This document shows, in pieces, positions 60,028 to 64,000 of a stretch of 64,000 nt of DNA. Source of the stretch: Planctomycetota bacterium (GTDB taxonomy: Bacteria > Planctomycetota > SZUA-567 > H5-PLA8); NCBI GenBank assembly GCA_038227875.1, contig JBBRPR010000002.1, forward strand, positions 224,001 through 288,000, read 5' to 3'. Numbering within the stretch: position 1 is the stretch's first letter; every line of letters starts with the position of its first letter. Under the pieces are notes generated by a model. The model did no database searches. It was not told the DNA's origin and saw nothing but the letters and a program-made list of their open reading frames with translations. A program made the translations under genes and the position numbers.

Positions 60028-60204
60028 CGAGTCGATTTTCAAGTACGTGCGTGGCGCCTGACTCTGACCTGCATTTCACGGTCCGTCCCCAAAGCGATGC
60101 TGTGACGTGCGGATCTCAGAGCCAGGGGCCACCAACGACGGAGCAGTGGAACACGAGAGCCGTTGAACAGTAGAGAACACGATCGAGGCAGGGGAGCGCC
60201 GGAC

Positions 60205-60771
60205 ATGGATATTGATGAAATTCTGCTCGAAAGCGAAGACCGCATGATCAAATGCGTCGCCGATTACGACGCGCACCTCAAGAGCGTCCGCTCGGGCCAG
60301 GCCAGCCCGGAGATGGTCGAACACATTCTCGTCGACATCCCAGCCTACGGCGGCGTGGTGAACTTGAAGAGCGTGGCGCTGACCAGCAAAGCCGACGCGC
60401 GCATGCTGGTGATCAAGCCCTTCGACCCGAAGACGATCAAGGAAATTGAAAAAGCGATCAACGCCGCGAACCTCGGCCTGACGCCCATGAACGACGGTAA
60501 GATCATCCGCCTGAATTTTCCGCCGATGAGCGAAGAGAATCGCAAGAAGCAGGTCAAGATCATCAAGGAACGCCTCGAGCAGCACAAAGTCACCGTCCGC
60601 AATATCCGCCACGATGCGCTGAAGGGCCTCAAGGAGCTCAAGGGCAAGGCCGGCGTCGGCGAAGACGCGGAGAAGAAGGCCGAAACGGACGTCAACGATC
60701 TGACCAAGAAATACGAAAGCGAATTGGACGCGAACTTCGAGAAGAAATCGAAAGAGATCATGACGGTGTGA
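60205..60771 (+). CDS. frr: Ribosome recycling factor
   Basis: VRSGQASP, LGLTPMNDG.IIR..FPPMSEENRK, VRNIR. Confidence 0.96.
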   Translation: MDIDEILLESEDRMIKCVADYDAHLKSVRSGQASPEMVEHILVDIPAYGGVVNLKSVALTSKADARMLVIKPFDPKTIKEIEKAINAANLGLTPMNDGKIIRLNFPPMSEENRKKQVKIIKERLEQHKVTVRNIRHDALKGLKELKGKAGVGEDAEKKAETDVNDLTKKYESELDANFEKKSKEIMTV

Positions 60772-60805
60772 GCATTGCGCCACTATTTTGAAATCGTTAA
60801 ATCCA

Positions 60806-60833
60806 CGCGCGCCGCACCGGCGCGCGTCTTTTC
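60806..60833 (+). terminator. Possible intrinsic terminator after frr
   Basis: ACGCGCGCCG-CAC-CGGCGCGCGT-CTTTT. Confidence 0.6.
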
Positions 60834-60854
60834 TGAAAGAAGCAGTCACGCTTC

Positions 60855-62000
60855 ATGCTGAAAATCAACATCACCCACCACGACAAGCTCGCCCGTTCCG
60901 GCGTCATCACCACCGACCATGGCACGATCGATACGCCCAGCTTCATGACCGTCGGCACGTTGGGCGCGCCAAAGGGCGTCACCCCCAAGGACGTGCTCGA
61001 GCACGGCGGACAAGTGCTGCTGATGAACGCCTTCCATCTCGCCTGGCGGCCGGGTGAGGAGCGCGTGAAGCGCCTGGGTGGGCTGCATAAGTTCTGCGGC
61101 TGGCCCGGGCCGATTCTCACCGACTCCGGCGGCTTCCAGATCTTCTCGCTGCCCGGTCTGCGCAAAATCACCGACGAAGGTGCGCTCTTCGCCAGCCCGG
61201 TCGACGGCCTGATGCGCCTGTTCTCGCCGGAAGCCGTGGTCGACATTCAATGCGCGCTCGGGCCGGATATCGCGATGGTGCTCGATGAGTGTCCGGCTTT
61301 TCCGTGCACGCCGGCGGAACTCAGCGGCGCTGTCGACCGCAGCGTACGCTGGGCGCAGCGCTCGTACACGCGCTGGAAAGACGTCGCGCCGCCGCACGTC
61401 AATCTCTTCGGCATCGTGCAGGGCGGTTTCAACGAACAGGAACGGCAGCGCTCGCTGGAAGCCACGGCGGCGATCCCCTTCGCGGGGTTGGCGCTCGGCG
61501 GATTCTGCGTCGGCGAAACCATCGAGGACACGCACCGCGGCATCGCCTTTACCGCGCCGAAAATGCCGGCCGAACGGCCGCGCTACCTGATGGGCATGGG
61601 CACGCCGGCCGATATCCTCCACGCGGTCGCGCACGGCATCGATCTCTTCGACTGCACCATCCCGACGCGCAACGGGCGCAACGGGCTGGCGTTCACCTCC
61701 GTCGGCCGCGTGCGCGTGAAGAACACCAAGCACAGCGACGACCCGTCGCCGCTCGATCCCAACTGCAATTGCTATACCTGCACCAATTACGGGCGGGGCT
61801 TCCTCAGGCATTTGTCGCTTGCCCGTGAATTGAACGCGGCTATCTTGGTCTCTCTTCACAACTTGGCCTTCTATTTCAATCTCATGAAAGGAATACGAGA
61901 GGCCATTCGGGAGCAGCGGTTTTCGCAATACAGTTCGGATTTCATGGCGCGCTGGAATGCCGCATCTGAACCCGATGGCGACGAGGCCGACGACGCGTAA
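60855..62000 (+). CDS. tgt: tRNA-guanine(34) transglycosylase
   Basis: TP.FM.VGT, TDSGGFQIFSL, LDEC, GIVQGG, PRYLMGMG, FDC, CxCxxC...HN. Confidence 0.96.
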   Translation: MLKINITHHDKLARSGVITTDHGTIDTPSFMTVGTLGAPKGVTPKDVLEHGGQVLLMNAFHLAWRPGEERVKRLGGLHKFCGWPGPILTDSGGFQIFSLPGLRKITDEGALFASPVDGLMRLFSPEAVVDIQCALGPDIAMVLDECPAFPCTPAELSGAVDRSVRWAQRSYTRWKDVAPPHVNLFGIVQGGFNEQERQRSLEATAAIPFAGLALGGFCVGETIEDTHRGIAFTAPKMPAERPRYLMGMGTPADILHAVAHGIDLFDCTIPTRNGRNGLAFTSVGRVRVKNTKHSDDPSPLDPNCNCYTCTNYGRGFLRHLSLARELNAAILVSLHNLAFYFNLMKGIREAIREQRFSQYSSDFMARWNAASEPDGDEADDA

Positions 62001-62024
62001 CGCATAAAGGATCGACTACAGACC

Positions 62025-62417
62025 GTGGCAGATTCAAACAACACCACCGCAACACAAGGCACACCCAGCCCCGCGACTGGCACCGGAACGGGCACAGGCA
62101 CAGGCGGCGCCGGACAGGGAGCTGGCTCGCCGTTCGATCCAGGCATGCTGCTGATGTTCGGTTCGATGGCGATCTTGTTCTGGCTGTTCATCGTCCGCCC
62201 GGAAAAGAAACGTCAGAAGGAAAAAGAAGCACTCACCTCCTCGCTGAAAAAGAGCGATAAAGTCGTCACGATCTTCGGCATGTACGGCACGATCGTCGAC
62301 ATCGACGGCGAAGACATCACGCTGATGGTCGATCAGAAGAAGGAAGTCAAGATGCGCGTGCGGCGCAGCGCGATCGACCAGGTCCTGGTCGAGGAAACGA
62401 AGGAATCCAGGAAGTGA
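62025..62417 (+). CDS. yajC: Preprotein translocase subunit YajC
   Basis: TM followed by RPEKKRQKE...LKKSDKVVT..GMYGTIV. Confidence 0.95.
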   Translation: MADSNNTTATQGTPSPATGTGTGTGTGGAGQGAGSPFDPGMLLMFGSMAILFWLFIVRPEKKRQKEKEALTSSLKKSDKVVTIFGMYGTIVDIDGEDITLMVDQKKEVKMRVRRSAIDQVLVEETKESRK

Positions 62418-62872
62418 AGCAGTCCGACGCCAAGACTACTGGCCGCGCCATTCCGCTGTTCTCCGCGGTCGCGGCGTTGATGTCGCTGCTGACGGCCGCC
62501 GCTGGGCCGTTCTCGCAGACCGTCAAAGTGGTTCGCGTCGACTCCGCCACGCCGGAAAACCGGACCGGCGACTTCGAGCTGGAAATCAGCGCCATCGATC
62601 TGGCGCCAAAGCCGGAAGACACCTCTTCAAAGCCGAAGCAGCAGACGCATTCGCAGTCCGCGCCGGAGAAGTCCGCGAAGATCGTGCAGCCGCTCAGCGG
62701 CCATTGGGAATCGGCGGCGCAGATCGACCTGCCGGTGGCCGACGTTCCCGCCGCGACGCCGCTGGTCTCACCCACGTGGATCCACGCAAGCAGCACCGAC
62801 GTTCCGAACACTGCAGTTGTCTCCTCGCACCAGGCGCCGATCAAAGCCGGGCGCGCTCCGCCGTACATCTAG
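62414..62872 (+). CDS. Signal-peptide protein with C-terminal RAPP motif; candidate translation-arrest secretion monitor of secD(F)
   Basis: GTG overlaps the yajC stop (GTGA); signal RAIPLFSAVAALMSLLTAAA; ends APIKAGRAPPYI-stop. Confidence 0.75.
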   Translation: MKQSDAKTTGRAIPLFSAVAALMSLLTAAAGPFSQTVKVVRVDSATPENRTGDFELEISAIDLAPKPEDTSSKPKQQTHSQSAPEKSAKIVQPLSGHWESAAQIDLPVADVPAATPLVSPTWIHASSTDVPNTAVVSSHQAPIKAGRAPPYI

Positions 62873-63026
62873 GCTCAACTCCTGCCGCACGAGCCTGGAG
62901 CTCATCCGCGGCGACACTCACACACAAAAATCGGCGGCCATTTGCTGCTGATGTTCGAATTTTGGCTCTGCTGCCGCCGTCCGCCTGTGCTGACGCGGTG
63001 CAGCATTTAGAACGAGGTGACGTCAC

Positions 63027-64000
63027 ATGGAAGGCACTTTCAGCGCGCTGTTGCCTGTTGCGATCGGCATTTTTGCCATCGCCACGGCGCTCTACAGCGG
63101 TATGTCGTACGGCTTCTACCATTTCGGATCGACCCTGCTGGGCCTGGGTTTTCTCTTCGGCCTGTTCCTGATTTTCGCGATCCTGATCCGGGCATCGCGC
63201 GGCTTCTTCAATCGCTTTGCCGGCCGCATCAACTTTGCGCTCTTCCTCATCGCCGTGCTCGGCGCCTACTTCGCCTTCCTCTTTCAAGAAGGCAAGTACC
63301 CGATGGGCATCGACCTCGCCGGCGGAACGGAGCTGATCTACCGACTCGACTACACGCGCGCCAAGGAAAACATTGCGCGCACGAATGAACGGTTGACTGC
63401 CGAACGGGCGAAGGATTCCGAGTCCAAGGAAACCAAGAATCTCTCGTCGCAGATCGCAAATCTGGAGCAGGGCATCAAGACCGCGCCGGAAAAGGCCGCT
63501 GAAGTCGTCCGCCGCCGCATCGATCCGACCGGCACGAAGGGCATTCCCGTCACCACGCTCGGTAGCGCCCGCGAACGCCTGCGCATCCAGTTGCCCAAGG
63601 CCACGCCGCAGGAAGTCGAACGCATCAAGCAGGCGATCCAGACCCGCGGCCGCCTCGCCTTCCACATCGCCACCGACGACCAGACCATTATCCAGCAGGT
63701 CCAGCAGAGCACGACCAAGCCCAAGGTTTCTCCCGACGGCCAGTACGAAGAAAAGATCATCGAGAACAAGAAGACCATCAGCGGCGAAAAGTCCGAAGAA
63801 AAGATTTACGTCAAGCGCGTGCCCGACATGGACGGCTCCCACGTGGCGCTGGCCGTGGCGCGCCCGAGCCACGAAAGTTCGAGCTGGGAAATCGGCTTGA
63901 GCTTCGATGCCACCGGCGGCGTGGAATTCGGTCAGCTCACGCAGCGCAGCATCAAGAAGCGCATGGCCATCGTCCTCGACGACGAAGCCAAGTCCGCGCC
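63027..64000 (+). CDS. secD: Protein translocase subunit SecD (or SecDF fusion), 5' part
   Basis: Manual translation from ATG 63027 (GAGGTG SD): ...MGIDLAGGTELIY...VVRRRIDPTG...RIQLP...G.LAF...MAIVLDD; open to the window end. Confidence 0.93.
   Translation, partial: MEGTFSALLPVAIGIFAIATALYSGMSYGFYHFGSTLLGLGFLFGLFLIFAILIRASRGFFNRFAGRINFALFLIAVLGAYFAFLFQEGKYPMGIDLAGGTELIYRLDYTRAKENIARTNERLTAERAKDSESKETKNLSSQIANLEQGIKTAPEKAAEVVRRRIDPTGTKGIPVTTLGSARERLRIQLPKATPQEVERIKQAIQTRGRLAFHIATDDQTIIQQVQQSTTKPKVSPDGQYEEKIIENKKTISGEKSEEKIYVKRVPDMDGSHVALAVARPSHESSSWEIGLSFDATGGVEFGQLTQRSIKKRMAIVLDDEAKSA

Overview
High-GC bacterial chromosome segment, most likely Planctomycetota (inferred from gene content and intergenic repeat style). 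Core genes: the 5' half of the F0F1 ATP synthase operon (atpZ/I-orf-atpB-E-F-H-A', minus strand), efp, moaD-moaE, secA, nfo and rpsB-tsf-pyrH-frr-tgt-yajC-orf-secD'. Accessory genes: three GntR + PhyH-type dioxygenase modules, a five-gene transglutaminase / circularly permuted ATP-grasp / alpha-E locus, an alpha-2-macroglobulin with an intact CxEQ motif, a membrane Ser/Thr kinase and a sugar-acid catabolic cluster. I found no rRNA, tRNA, CRISPR array or transposase. Main findings: (1) both Sec genes are preceded by signal-peptide-bearing small ORFs ending in arrest-like motifs (GRAPPYI* before secD; HQHAAP* before secA, with anti-SD complementarity), suggesting SecM/ApdA-type secretion monitors; (2) five intergenic 26-28 bp palindromes ACC-N7-AAATTT-N7-GGT whose arms differ between copies but stay self-complementary; (3) an orphan replication-initiator-like protein with a C-terminal XRE HTH; (4) G4-tract composite repeats flanking moaDE in inverted orientation. 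All functional calls come from reading motifs by eye; no searches were run.
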